From an uncultured Syntrophus sp. (lineage in GTDB: Bacteria; Desulfobacterota; Syntrophia; Syntrophales; UBA5619): a stretch of DNA of 55,617 nucleotides. Made by a program: the position numbers and the translations under genes. Below are positions 17,538-28,123 of this stretch, piece after piece (the first letter of the stretch is position 1; every line of letters begins with the position of its first letter). The DNA lies in the NCBI GenBank assembly GCA_964540555.1, contig CAZINF010000003.1:1-55617 (forward strand), in the 5' to 3' direction. The notes below the pieces were generated by a model. That model was not told where the DNA came from. It saw nothing but the letters and a program-made list of their open reading frames with translations, and made no database searches.

Positions 17538-18350
17538 TCAGGCGATAACCCGTTGCAGATACTCCATGCTTGCCTTCGCGATCCTCTCCGCCCCGAATTG
17601 CATATCGAAAGCCTCGACCGACAGCCATCCGTCGTATCCCGCCGCGCGCAGCGCCGCAATAATCGGTTCGTAGCCGATCTCGCCCATGCCCGGTCCAAGC
17701 AGGTTGGGGTCGTTGACGTGAAAATGGGCCAGGTGCTTCGCCGACTCCCGGATGATCTGGGGGATCGGCTTGCGCTCGTAGCTCATGGCCTTCACGTCCA
17801 GTTGCAAACGGAAGTTGGGGTGGTCGATCCGCTCGATCAGCTCCACGGCGTCGGAGGCGCACATGAGAAAATCGGTTTCCCGCGTGCTGAGGGGCTCGAT
17901 CGCCAGCGTCACAGCGCGCTTTGCGGCAAGTTCCAGACACGGCGTGAAGACTTCCGCCGCGTACCCCATCGCCTCGCCTCTTTTTACACCGGGCAGCAGG
18001 TTCCTCTGCGTCGGCGAACCGATCACCATCACCTTCCCTCCCAGGTCCGCGCAGAGGCCGACGAGCTCCACGAAATACCGGGCCGTCTGTCTGCGGATAC
18101 CCGCATCCGGGTGCGTGATGTAGAGCCCTGGCGGTTTCATCAAGAGCCAGTGCAGGCCGATGATTTCCAGCCCCCGCGATTCGGCCGATTCGCGCAGCGC
18201 CGCCCGTTGCTGCGCCGTGATCAATTCCACACGGTCGGCCAGCGTGAAGGGCGCCACTTCGATCCCCTGGTAGCCAAGCGAGCGAATGAAATCGCAAAGC
18301 TTTTCCCACGGCCAGTTCACGAACAGCTCGTTGCAGATGCCGAGTTTCAT
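17538..18350 (-). CDS. Sugar phosphate isomerase/epimerase (xylose-isomerase-like TIM barrel)
   Basis: MKLGICNELF... is typical of AP-endonuclease-2/xylose-isomerase-like TIM barrel proteins. The start is trimmed to the Met that leaves a 14-nt gap to the SDR gene. Confidence 0.7.
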   Translation of the reverse strand: MKLGICNELFVNWPWEKLCDFIRSLGYQGIEVAPFTLADRVELITAQQRAALRESAESRGLEIIGLHWLLMKPPGLYITHPDAGIRRQTARYFVELVGLCADLGGKVMVIGSPTQRNLLPGVKRGEAMGYAAEVFTPCLELAAKRAVTLAIEPLSTRETDFLMCASDAVELIERIDHPNFRLQLDVKAMSYERKPIPQIIRESAKHLAHFHVNDPNLLGPGMGEIGYEPIIAALRAAGYDGWLSVEAFDMQFGAERIAKASMEYLQRVIA

Positions 18351-18364
18351 TTCGTCTCTCCCGA

Positions 18365-19118
18365 TTACAACCTGCGGAGATGAAACCCGCTGTCCACGTT
18401 GATGACTTCGCCGGTGGATATCGGGAAGCAATCCTGGGCAATCGCGACCACCGCGCGTGCGACCTCTTCCGGTTCGCCCCAGCGTGCAATCGGCGTCAGT
18501 CCTTCCGCGATCATCCGGTCGTATTTATCCCATACGGGGCTGGTCAGATCGGTGCGGATGAAGCCGGGTCGCACCTCGTAAACGTTGATCCCGCACTCCG
18601 CCAGGCGGTGGGCGAACAGCGCGGTCATCATTCCCATGCCGGCCTTCGAGAGGCAGTACTCGCCGCGGCTCGTGCTGCTCGTGTAGGCGCTGATCGAGCC
18701 GATGTTGATGATCCGGGCCTTTTCGGTTTTGAGTTCGATCATCCGGCGCGCGACGAGCTGGGTGAGAAAGAATGGACCCTTGAGGTTCGTCGCCATCACT
18801 TCGTCGTAACTGGTTTCGGTCATTTCGAGCAGATCCACCCGCCGGCGCGGCCCCATCGCGGCATTGTTCACGAGCAGATCGATCCGCGCGAACGCCTCCA
18901 GCGTTTGCGCGACCAACCGCGCGCGGTCCGCCGCGTCCGCGATATCGGCCTGTACGACAATGGCGCTCCCCCCGACGCCTTCCGCCAGTTTCAGCGCTTC
19001 TTTGGCCGCATCCGCGTTTTGGCGATAGTTGATAACGACGCGCCACTTCTCTTTTGCCAGTGCGACCGCAATCGCGCGCCCGATGCCGCGCGCGGCGCCC
19101 GTAACCAGTGCGACCTTT

Positions 19119-19126
<8 letters not shown>
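18365..19126 (-). CDS. Short-chain dehydrogenase/reductase (KduD/FabG-like)
   Basis: It has the TGAARGIGRAIA cofactor motif, NNAA, and the catalytic S...YxxxK (YCLSK). Confidence 0.85.
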
Positions 19127-20216
<1,090 letters not shown>

Positions 20217-20218
20217 AT

Positions 20219-21637
20219 TCACCCTTTCTTCGTCTCCCTGAGCTGCACAGCTTCCGGAAGCTGCCGGTAATAATCGTCGAGCGGATAACAACCAGAGACC
20301 AGACCGTTTCGCGGACCGGTCGTGCAGTCGCTGAACGTGCGGCAGATGAGCTTGGTCTGCAGAGGCCGTCCGGCGAGGACATCCGCGCACATCTCGGGAT
20401 ACGGCAGCACCATTCTCCCCAAGCCGACGAAATCGGCGTCGCCCTCGCGGACGACACGCTGCGCGACGTTCGGCAGCCACTCCTGCAGATAGGTATACGC
20501 CGAGCCCACCACCATCAGATCGGGGCGGTATCGCTTGAGCTCCGCCGTAACCGAGATCTGTCGCGCGACACCGCGAAGCGGATCCTCCGGCGGCAGATAG
20601 CCGTCCGACGGCGGGAACGTCGCGGGACGCGTGACATGCGGATTATAGTATGGGCTGCTGGCGGTGATGCACACCATCCGGATGCCGAGCGACGCGAGCA
20701 GATCCATGAATGCCTTCGGTTCGGTAAGATCGATCCCCAGCCCCGTGCCGTCTCCGCCGAAGGCAAAGCGGTATGTCCCTGAAAACGGTTCCGGCTCACC
20801 GACATCCCCGGCCCCCTTGCGAAACGGGATGAAATCGAACGCGCTCACGCGCACACCGATATCCAACCCGGGCACGCTCGCGCGAATGCCGGCGGCGATC
20901 TCGCGCAAGAAGCGGGTCCGATTTTCGAAGCTGCCGCCGTAGAGACCCGGACGGTCCACCGCGCTCAGGAATTCGTGCCCCAGGTAGCCGTGGCAGTGCT
21001 TGATGTCGACGAAGGCAAAACCCGCGCGTTTTGCGAGCTTCGCCGCAGCGATGAAGTCATCGATCAGCCGCTTGATTTCGTCGTCGGTCAGGAGGGGGGT
21101 GTCCTGCCCGATCCCCAGCCTGCGGTCGAGGATCGGATGGTGATAGAGTATCCGGGGTTCGTCGCGTTTCTTGTCGTTCGGTTTCGAGTATCGCCCCGAG
21201 TGCGTGAGCTGCAAACCGATGAGGAGATCATCGGTCCTGCCAGGGTGCGCGGCGATCAATCCCTCCCGCAGGGCGGCCAGGTCGCTGAGCGTGTTCGCGC
21301 CGACCAACAACTGGTTCGGGTTGGCGCGCCCGTCGTGCCGGACCGCGGCAGCTTCTCCGCCCCAGATCAATTTTGCCCCGCTCATTCCGAAACGCCGCCA
21401 GCGCCGGAAAGTCAGTTCGGAGGGACGGCCGTCGGCTGTGCCGTCCCAGCCTTCCATCGGCAGGATGCAGAAACGGTTGCCGATCGCAAAACCGTTCGCC
21501 AAACGGTACGGCTGTGCCAGCGGGGCATCCTCCCCGACCTGCAGGCGATCGTCCAGCGTAAGATCGATGCCGGCTTCAGTCAGGTAGGCTCTCAATTCAC
21601 CGGCGGTCTTGAATGAAGCGATGCGGGGGTATGACAT
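20219..21637 (-). CDS. NADH:flavin oxidoreductase, Old Yellow Enzyme family (long form)
   Basis: 472-aa ORF with TIM-barrel OYE-like motifs ([24 protein letters not shown]). Confidence 0.75.
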   Translation of the reverse strand: MSYPRIASFKTAGELRAYLTEAGIDLTLDDRLQVGEDAPLAQPYRLANGFAIGNRFCILPMEGWDGTADGRPSELTFRRWRRFGMSGAKLIWGGEAAAVRHDGRANPNQLLVGANTLSDLAALREGLIAAHPGRTDDLLIGLQLTHSGRYSKPNDKKRDEPRILYHHPILDRRLGIGQDTPLLTDDEIKRLIDDFIAAAKLAKRAGFAFVDIKHCHGYLGHEFLSAVDRPGLYGGSFENRTRFLREIAAGIRASVPGLDIGVRVSAFDFIPFRKGAGDVGEPEPFSGTYRFAFGGDGTGLGIDLTEPKAFMDLLASLGIRMVCITASSPYYNPHVTRPATFPPSDGYLPPEDPLRGVARQISVTAELKRYRPDLMVVGSAYTYLQEWLPNVAQRVVREGDADFVGLGRMVLPYPEMCADVLAGRPLQTKLICRTFSDCTTGPRNGLVSGCYPLDDYYRQLPEAVQLRETKKG

Positions 21638-21729
21638 GAGACTCCTTGCTTCTTAAAGTTGAGGATGCGAGTCACGGTCCGGCAAGCCGCCGGGATTTAA
21701 ACCTTCGGCTCCAGTAGTGTATGTCGTTA

Positions 21730-21770
21730 TGCATACGAATAACGATCCTCGATGTCAACAAGTTTGTATC
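21730..21770 (-). promoter_or_regulatory. Sigma70-like promoter plus conserved operator block (copy A), upstream of the OYE-GH88-SDR-isomerase operon
   Basis: On the minus strand it reads TTGACA (21758-21753), a 17-nt spacer, then TATGCA (21735-21730). The 38-nt block 21733-21770 matches 26457-26494 at 34 of 38 positions. Confidence 0.5.
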
Positions 21771-21801
21771 AAAGAAAATATCTCCCGCGGAAAATATCTC
21801 C

Positions 21802-21830
21802 TTGACAAACGGGGAGCGCCTTCGTATCCT
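21802..21830 (+). promoter_or_regulatory. Sigma70-like promoter for tctCBA
   Basis: TTGACA (21802-21807), a 17-nt spacer, then TATCCT (21825-21830), about 80 nt upstream of the tctC ATG. Confidence 0.4.
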
Positions 21831-21911
21831 TTCGCCGTGGAAAACAAAGTTCTTTTGAGTCCTACACAAAAAGCATGTTCATCTCATTTAAAATAAAAAG
21901 GAGGTATCATC

Positions 21912-22922
21912 ATGAAACGAGTTCTATGGCTGAATGTTGCCCTCGCATTGCTCTATTTGGCGGTAGCGGTCGGCTCGGTGGCGGCTCAGGAATGGAAGCC
22001 AAACAAGCCTATCCGGATCATCGTCCCATGGGGGGCGGGCGGGTCGACGGACCAGGCGGTCCGGTCCATCACAGGAGACCTCGAAGAGGCGCTGGGGCAG
22101 AAAATCGTGATCGTGAACCAGCCCGGCGGAGGCGGGGCGATCGGAACACAGAGCGTGCTGGACTCCCCCTGCGACGGTTACACCTGGGCTTCGGGCGCGG
22201 TGAAGGATCTGGGAACCTACATGATTACCGGGACGGTGAAAACCAAAGTTCAGGATTGGAACCTGTACCTCAATTCCGCCAATGCCACCCTGGTTTCGGT
22301 CACTCCGAACGCACCGATCAAGGATTTCAAGGAATTTTTGGAAATGATGAAGAACGACCCCAAAAAGGTATCGGTGGCCGTAGCGGGAGTTCCGTCGGCC
22401 GGCCACTCGGCCATCGAGGCCATAAAGCGGGTGAGCGGCGGCGATTATAAACTCGTGAGCTACGACGGCGGGAACCCGGCGGTCATCGCCACGGTTTCGG
22501 GCGAAACGATAGCGACTCCCCAGCTCTTGAGCGAACAGATCGAGATGATCCGGGCCAAGAAGCTCCGCCCGCTCGCGGCGTTGACCCCCGATGACCTGAT
22601 CATCGACGGATACGGCACCGTTCCTTCGGCGACCAAGTGGCTTCCCAAGGTGGCGGCCGATCCCGTGTACTTCGGGATCTGGATTCCCAAGTGCGCCCCA
22701 AAGGAGATCGTCGAGACGATGAACAAGGTATGGAGGGAGAAAATCGCGACCTCCAAGGGCTTGAAGAACTTTGCCACCCTGCGCGGCCAGATCGTTGCGC
22801 CCTACTATGGCGAAGAAGCTCTGAAGAAAGCCTGGCCGTCGATTGTCAATGCGGCGTGGGGGCTTTCTGACGGCGGTAAAGCCAAGATAAAACCCGACGA
22901 AGCGGGTATGCCGCGTCCGTAG
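21912..22922 (+). CDS. tctC: Tripartite tricarboxylate transporter substrate-binding protein (TctC/Bug family)
   Basis: 336-aa ORF with a signal peptide and the Bug-family motif IRIIVPWGAGGSTD. Confidence 0.85.
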   Translation: MKRVLWLNVALALLYLAVAVGSVAAQEWKPNKPIRIIVPWGAGGSTDQAVRSITGDLEEALGQKIVIVNQPGGGGAIGTQSVLDSPCDGYTWASGAVKDLGTYMITGTVKTKVQDWNLYLNSANATLVSVTPNAPIKDFKEFLEMMKNDPKKVSVAVAGVPSAGHSAIEAIKRVSGGDYKLVSYDGGNPAVIATVSGETIATPQLLSEQIEMIRAKKLRPLAALTPDDLIIDGYGTVPSATKWLPKVAADPVYFGIWIPKCAPKEIVETMNKVWREKIATSKGLKNFATLRGQIVAPYYGEEALKKAWPSIVNAAWGLSDGGKAKIKPDEAGMPRP

Positions 22923-22941
22923 TCTTCGGCGGAATGTGAAG

Positions 22942-22977
22942 GGGCGGATGGCCAAAAGCGCTGTCCGCCCTTTCTTG
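22942..22977 (+). terminator. Intercistronic hairpin plus T-tract after tctC (attenuator or terminator)
   Basis: Stem GGGCGGA (22942-22948) pairs with TCCGCCC (22964-22970), followed by TTTCTTG. Confidence 0.45.
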
Positions 22978-23056
22978 ATGTCCTCCACGCGCAATGTGTC
23001 TGAATCCCCTCCTGGGTAACTTCAAAGTTACTCCTTGATAAAGCGCCCCCTGGGGC

Positions 23057-23569
23057 GTGGGTCGATATATGAAAAAAGCCGATTACCTGACTGGCCTGGC
23101 CCTTATCCTTTTGAGCGTCTATGTCCTGGTGGAGTCGTGGCGCATGCCGCGCATGGAGCACCTCCAGGCGCACCCCTTAAGCGTCCCGGGAATCGTTCCA
23201 GCGTTTCTAGCCATGGTCCTGTTGATCTTCGGTCTGATTCTGGTGGGACGCTCCGTCAGGGCAGGAGGGCACCGCCTCGGCGTGAGCCGGGAGGGCATTC
23301 GCAACACCCTCGCCGATCCCGGGAACCAGCGGCTGCTGTTGACGGCCGTGCTCACCTTTATATACGCCGGTGTGCTTGTAGGACACACCCCCTATATGCT
23401 GGTGACCGCACTCTTCATCTTCGTCTTTGTGTCAGCCTTTGAATGGCGCCGGGGGATGTCCCTCCGGGAAATAGGACGCGTAGGGCTGGCGGCCGCTATT
23501 TTGGCGGTTGTCATCGCCGTATCTATTTCCTACACCTTCGAGCGCCTCTTCCTGGTCACGCTCCCTTAA
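23057..23569 (+). CDS. tctB: TctB-family small membrane subunit
   Basis: 170-aa ORF with four TM segments, lying between tctC and tctA. Confidence 0.7.
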   Translation: MGRYMKKADYLTGLALILLSVYVLVESWRMPRMEHLQAHPLSVPGIVPAFLAMVLLIFGLILVGRSVRAGGHRLGVSREGIRNTLADPGNQRLLLTAVLTFIYAGVLVGHTPYMLVTALFIFVFVSAFEWRRGMSLREIGRVGLAAAILAVVIAVSISYTFERLFLVTLP

Positions 23570-23583
23570 GAGAATGGGGTATC

Positions 23584-25122
23584 ATGGGTATACTGATTGA
23601 CAACCTGGGACTCTTCCTGCAAGCGATCGGCGGTTTTATCACCCCGTGGGCGCTTTTTCACATGGCCTGGTCCACCTTGCTCGGGATCATCATCGGGGCG
23701 CTGCCCGGCCTCACCGCCACCATGGGAGTGGCGCTCGTCACCACGTTGACCTACAAGCTTCAGCCCGATCTCGCGATCCTCGTCCTCATCTGCGTGTACG
23801 TGGGGGCGATCTACGGCGGCAGCCGAACGGCGATCCTCCTCAATATCCCGGGGACCCCGGCGAATGCGGCCACGACCCTGGACGGCTATCCGCTGGCAAA
23901 GCAGGGGTTGGCCGGCCGGGCCATGGGCGTGGCCACGTCGGGGTCGGTTCTGGGCAGCATCATCGGCATGTTCTTTCTGGCCACGCTGGCGCCGCTGCTG
24001 GGGAACTACGCGCTGAAATTCCAGTCCTACGAGTTTGTCTGGCTGGCCATCTTCGGCATCGTAATCTCGGGGCACCTGACTTCGCTGGACGATCCCATCA
24101 AGGGATGGATCGCGGGATTTCTGGGCCTCTTGACCGCCATGGTCGGCCAGGAGGGGATTCACGCCTACGAACGGTTCACTTACGGGACCACCGAACTCCT
24201 GGGCGGCTTCGCCCTCATTCCCGCCATGGTGGGGGCCTTCGGCCTGGCCGAGGTGCTGAGCGCCATGCGGAACCCCCCGGCCGAAATGGCCCAAAACCCG
24301 CAGGACAGCGTGATCCCCAAACTGGAGGATATCACGAAATACTGGCGAACCATCATCCGGAGCGGGCTGATCGGGACGGTGATCGGCATCATCCCGGGGG
24401 TCGGCGAGGACATCGGGGCATGGGTTTCATACGCCGCGGCTCGGCGGAAGAGCAAGGAGCGGGAAAAGTTCGGGAAGGGCTCCATCGAAGGGCTGATGGC
24501 CGCGGAGACGGGGAACAACGCCGTCGTGCCCGGCGCCATCATTCCCGTGCTCACGCTGGCCATCCCCGGTTCGGCCCCGGCGGCGGTGCTGCTCGCCGCC
24601 ATGTTCATCCACGGGATCCGGCCGGGTCCCATGATTATGGTGGAGTCGCCCTTCTTCGTTTACCAGGTGGTGGCCATGGTCTTCTTTGCCACCATCGCCA
24701 TTCTCATTTATGGAATCGCGCTCACCAGGCCGCTTCTGAAGATCCTGGCGATCCCGCGGACCCGCCTCATGCCCGTGGTCTTCGTTCTCTGCGTCATCGG
24801 TTCATACGCCATCACCAGCCGGGTCTTCGACATCTGGGTGATGATCGGCTTCGGCATCGTGGGCTATATCCTCCGGGAGATGAAATACCCGATGGCCCCC
24901 CTGGTCCTGGGGATTATCCTGGGCGACCTTCTGGACAAAAACCTGCGCCGCGGCCTGGTGCTGACCGACGGGGACATTACCCCCTTCTTCACAAGGCCCA
25001 TCTGCATCGTCCTGTGGGTGATTACCTTTGCCTCGATCCTGATGACCATCGAGCCGGTCCGCCATGCTCTGCAGCGGTTCATCAAAAAGGTCCGGCCGGG
25101 AAAAAGGCAAAGCGCAGACTGA
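23584..25122 (+). CDS. tctA: TctA-family large permease
   Basis: A protein of about 512 aa starting at MGILIDNLGLF. It is multi-TM with TctA-like motifs (GALPGLTATMG, IPGVGEDIGAWVSY). The start is trimmed from the ORF-track 23443 to the Met after the tctB stop. Confidence 0.85.
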   Translation: MGILIDNLGLFLQAIGGFITPWALFHMAWSTLLGIIIGALPGLTATMGVALVTTLTYKLQPDLAILVLICVYVGAIYGGSRTAILLNIPGTPANAATTLDGYPLAKQGLAGRAMGVATSGSVLGSIIGMFFLATLAPLLGNYALKFQSYEFVWLAIFGIVISGHLTSLDDPIKGWIAGFLGLLTAMVGQEGIHAYERFTYGTTELLGGFALIPAMVGAFGLAEVLSAMRNPPAEMAQNPQDSVIPKLEDITKYWRTIIRSGLIGTVIGIIPGVGEDIGAWVSYAAARRKSKEREKFGKGSIEGLMAAETGNNAVVPGAIIPVLTLAIPGSAPAAVLLAAMFIHGIRPGPMIMVESPFFVYQVVAMVFFATIAILIYGIALTRPLLKILAIPRTRLMPVVFVLCVIGSYAITSRVFDIWVMIGFGIVGYILREMKYPMAPLVLGIILGDLLDKNLRRGLVLTDGDITPFFTRPICIVLWVITFASILMTIEPVRHALQRFIKKVRPGKRQSAD

Positions 25123-25159
25123 GCCGATCCTCTTATCTCGCTGTCCACTTGCCGACGGC

Positions 25160-26350
25160 CTATATTTTATCCAGCTCGACACGCATCCCCTTCTCTGCCG
25201 AAAGGTAAGCGGCATAGATCGCCTTTACCGTATCGATCGCCAGATCCAGCCCGGAGACCGGCTCTCTTCCCGCAAGGAGGCAGTCCGCAAAATCCTCCAG
25301 CTCCTGGGGATAGCCCCGGACCCAGTCTTCATCGGGGCTGGCGAAGTTCCAGCCGGCCTTCGTCTCCAGCTTTTCGGCGATATACTCGTCGCCGAAGATA
25401 TGTGGCGCCGGCGCATAGGCCACCACGGTGTCGTTGGGGTTGATGTTTACGTGCACCACCGAATTGGAAAGATAGACGGTCATGGTGTTGCGGACCCCGC
25501 CGAGAACGCCGTCGGAGGCTGTGACGACCGCCTGGGAGCCGTCCTCGAAATTCATGATCATCGTTGCCCAGTCTTCCACGTCCTCCCAGGCGCTGACGAT
25601 CCACTTTTTGGGTTCTTTCTGGAAAGACTCCATAAGGGTATGCCGCCCGACTTCGGCGGTCACGGATTTGAGGCCGATTCTTTTCTGGCCTCTCAGCAGA
25701 CCTTCATAGGCCTTGATGTGTAAAACAGCGGATACGGGGTGGGCTCCCAATCTCAAAAGGGCGCCTCCGCCGGCGCACTTCCACTTCCGGGAATAGGCTG
25801 CATGCGACCCGGAATGGCTTTCTTCACCCCGGATGTCCATGACCGTCCCCTTGCTCGCCTTCATCAGATTTTTCAGCTTGGACACGGGCGGGGCGTAGAC
25901 CCAGTTTTCCGCGTAGCAGAATGCGACCTTGTTGTCCCGGATGGCCCCGGCCACCGCCTCACAATTCGCCATGGCTTCGCGGAACATCGTCTCGCGGTCC
26001 ACGGCCAGCCCCACCAGTTCTTCCGGTCGGTCTGTCCCGAAATATCCCGTCAGAGGCTTTTCGCAGATCATGTGTTTGCCGGCCTGTGCCGCCTGGATAA
26101 TGAATTCATGATGCAGATCGGTGGGAACGCAGATATCGACGGCATCGATATCCTTCCTGTCCAGAAGGCGCCGGTAGTCATCGACAACATGGGGGATGCC
26201 GAAGCTCTTCGCCAGCGCCTCAGCGCTTGCCCTTGTCCGGGACGCTACCGCCAGGATTTCGACCTTCGCGCCCCTTAGGGGTTTATAATTGTTCAGATGC
26301 AGATGGGCCGCAAATTGGGCCCCGATGATTCCAATTCGCAGGGGTGGCAT
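25160..26350 (-). CDS. Gfo/Idh/MocA-family NAD(P)-dependent oxidoreductase
   Basis: 396-aa ORF with the N-terminal Rossmann motif LRIGIIGAQFAA and an EKP motif (MICEKPL). Confidence 0.8.
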   Translation of the reverse strand: MPPLRIGIIGAQFAAHLHLNNYKPLRGAKVEILAVASRTRASAEALAKSFGIPHVVDDYRRLLDRKDIDAVDICVPTDLHHEFIIQAAQAGKHMICEKPLTGYFGTDRPEELVGLAVDRETMFREAMANCEAVAGAIRDNKVAFCYAENWVYAPPVSKLKNLMKASKGTVMDIRGEESHSGSHAAYSRKWKCAGGGALLRLGAHPVSAVLHIKAYEGLLRGQKRIGLKSVTAEVGRHTLMESFQKEPKKWIVSAWEDVEDWATMIMNFEDGSQAVVTASDGVLGGVRNTMTVYLSNSVVHVNINPNDTVVAYAPAPHIFGDEYIAEKLETKAGWNFASPDEDWVRGYPQELEDFADCLLAGREPVSGLDLAIDTVKAIYAAYLSAEKGMRVELDKI

Positions 26351-26453
26351 GAAGCCCTCCTTTTTTACATGTAGTTGAATCTGGCATCATCTAATCTATG
26401 TAAGCCCTATGCAGAGCGAGTTTACGGGCAAGAGCATGTTTATCAACAAAGAA

Positions 26454-26494
26454 AGAATACGAATAACGATCCTTCATGTCAACATTTTTGTATC
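26454..26494 (-). promoter_or_regulatory. Sigma70-like promoter plus conserved operator block (copy B), upstream of the Gfo/Idh/MocA gene
   Basis: On the minus strand it reads TTGACA (26482-26477), a 17-nt spacer, then TATTCT (26459-26454). The block 26457-26494 is nearly identical to 21733-21770. Confidence 0.5.
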
Positions 26495-26709
26495 GCCATG
26501 AGTGGCGGCGGAGTGGCGGCTTTCAGAGGCTTACATACACCTACTTATCAATAACTTGCATGACTGACGGTATCGCAGATTAACGAAGGAAAGGTGCAAC
26601 GCTGGGTTTCACCGGCGCGCGGCCTTATGCGCGTCCGCGTGCTAACCGTTGTTCGCCGGCTCTTGGTCGGACTCTATCGGGGACGGAACCCTCGTCTTGG
26701 ACCTGGTCG

Positions 26710-26916
26710 TCAGATCTCTTCCTCGGAGATGCCTGCCAGTTTCATCAGATGCTTCAGCAAGCCAACCTTGAGGGACTGCCCACCGTGTATCGGAACGGAT
26801 AGGCGAACGACGCTGCCTTTCTTGCCGTAAATATGATGGCTTCCTTGAATGCGCAGCAATTCCCAACCCCTTCGCTCAAGGACCTTCGCGAATTCCCCGC
26901 CGGCCACCGACTTCAT
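26710..26916 (-). CDS. hicA: Type II toxin HicA (mRNA interferase)
   Basis: 68-aa ORF with the HicA-like core [10 protein letters not shown]...[17 protein letters not shown]. It overlaps the hicB stop by 4 nt. Confidence 0.85.
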   Translation of the reverse strand: MKSVAGGEFAKVLERRGWELLRIQGSHHIYGKKGSVVRLSVPIHGGQSLKVGLLKHLMKLAGISEEEI

Positions 26917-27116
26917 ACGGCGATTTCCATTATGCGGTCGTGCTCGGCGACCAGTGCAGGAGAGACTTCAACTGACAGGCACCCTTCAACAGCCTCATAG
27001 AGGTTCTCTAATAGTGCCTCAAATGTCTCTCCTTGGGTGGCGCAGCCAGGAATCGAAGGCACTTCTGCCCAGTAACCGCCCTCTTCTGCCTCGTGTACGA
27101 CAACCTTGAGTTTCAT
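26913..27116 (-). CDS. hicB: Type II antitoxin HicB
   Basis: 67-aa [39 protein letters not shown]... is the classic HicB/UPF0150 N-terminal domain. Confidence 0.85.
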   Translation of the reverse strand: MKLKVVVHEAEEGGYWAEVPSIPGCATQGETFEALLENLYEAVEGCLSVEVSPALVAEHDRIMEIAV

Positions 27117-27188
27117 GGGACCTCCGTTGATATTGAGGAGCGATCGACTCCATATAAAAATCCTCGGTGACCTCCTAATCCTTTATAA

Positions 27189-27224
27189 AATACCCCGCTC
27201 TTTCGTTGTAAGAAACGGGGTATT
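27189..27224 (-). terminator. Hairpin with flanking T/A tracts (probable relBE terminator; bidirectional shape)
   Basis: A 9-bp stem, AATACCCCG (27189-27197) with CGGGGTATT (27216-27224). A T-run follows on both strands. Confidence 0.45.
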
Positions 27225-27479
27225 TTTCAGCCAGTCCATAATTTCCCTCCTCGTTTTTACGAGATGGAACGTATTCAACTGCCGTTTATATTCTGCTTAT
27301 TACTATCACAATTTTCATTTGAAATCTACTAAATCACAGAAGTTTGTAGACCTAACGACTTCAGGAAGGATCCCACACATCCAGTCAACCGAAAATCCCC
27401 CTCCCCAAGCTGCATGTTACATGAAGTGCTCACGGAAGATCCTGGGCAGGAAGAGGGGTAAAAGTTCATTCTGCGATGA

Positions 27480-27752
27480 TTAGCCTTTGTAGACATTTTT
27501 CCGATGCCCTATTCGCAAAACGAGAATCAGCAGAATATAATCTTCGATACGAACGATGACCCGATAGTCGCCAACTCGATATCTCCAGATCTCTCCGAAT
27601 TGTGACCCCTTCAACGGTTCGCCAATGCTACGGGGATCTTCCAGGGGAGCAATCCTCTCGTGCAAAAACTTTAGGATGCGCTTGGCGATTTGTGGATCGA
27701 GCTTGTCTAATTCCCGCTCTGCAGCGGGGTCGATCTCAATCTTCCAGCTCAT
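27480..27752 (-). CDS. relE: Type II toxin, RelE/ParE superfamily
   Basis: 90-aa ORF. ...[33 protein letters not shown] is the RelE/StbE-type C-terminus. Confidence 0.85.
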   Translation of the reverse strand: MSWKIEIDPAAERELDKLDPQIAKRILKFLHERIAPLEDPRSIGEPLKGSQFGEIWRYRVGDYRVIVRIEDYILLILVLRIGHRKNVYKG

Positions 27753-27960
27753 AGCGCTTCATCACGTCTTTCAGCGGTATGGGTTTGCTACGCCCGGCTC
27801 GAATATCTGTGAGTCGCTTTTCAGCGAGATAAATGTCTTCGATGTCATCAAGATATTCAAGAATGGCCTCACGGACATAAAAAGTCTTTGTTCGCCCGGT
27901 TTCTTTCGCCAGTACGTTCAACCGTTCCTCAATGCCTTCGGGAAGCCTGATTGCTAACAT
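27736..27960 (-). CDS. relB: Type II antitoxin, ribbon-helix-helix (RelB/CopG-like)
   Basis: [37 protein letters not shown] is an RHH fold signature. The start at 27960 is supported by an AAGGAGG 8 nt upstream. Confidence 0.8.
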   Translation of the reverse strand: MLAIRLPEGIEERLNVLAKETGRTKTFYVREAILEYLDDIEDIYLAEKRLTDIRAGRSKPIPLKDVMKRYELED

Positions 27961-27983
27961 TGGTTTTTCCTCCTTGCAATACA

Positions 27984-28013
27984 TGTATAGCAGAATGGAG
28001 TGCTCAATGTCAA
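27984..28013 (-). promoter_or_regulatory. relBE promoter with palindromic operator candidate
   Basis: On the minus strand it reads TTGACA (28013-28008), an 18-nt spacer, then TATACA (27989-27984). It overlaps the perfect palindrome ATACATGTAT. The 9-mer CTGCTATAC recurs at 28082-28074. Confidence 0.4.
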
Positions 28014-28123
28014 CGTTTTATCTCCGCCCAGGAGATCCTGGAGAGTGTGTCCTGGAGGGTGATGATTTGTTACGTATAGCAGGAAGTACATATTATCTGT
28101 CGTTTGCCACAAATCAATCCGAA

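Noticed and set aside
27311-27345. A short similarity between CATTTGAAATCTACT here and CATTTCAAATCTACT near 37530, considered as a possible CRISPR or dispersed repeat.
   Set aside because: It is only about 15 nt with one mismatch. There is one occurrence at each site and no regular spacing or repeat-spacer structure. It is compatible with chance in AT-rich intergenic DNA.
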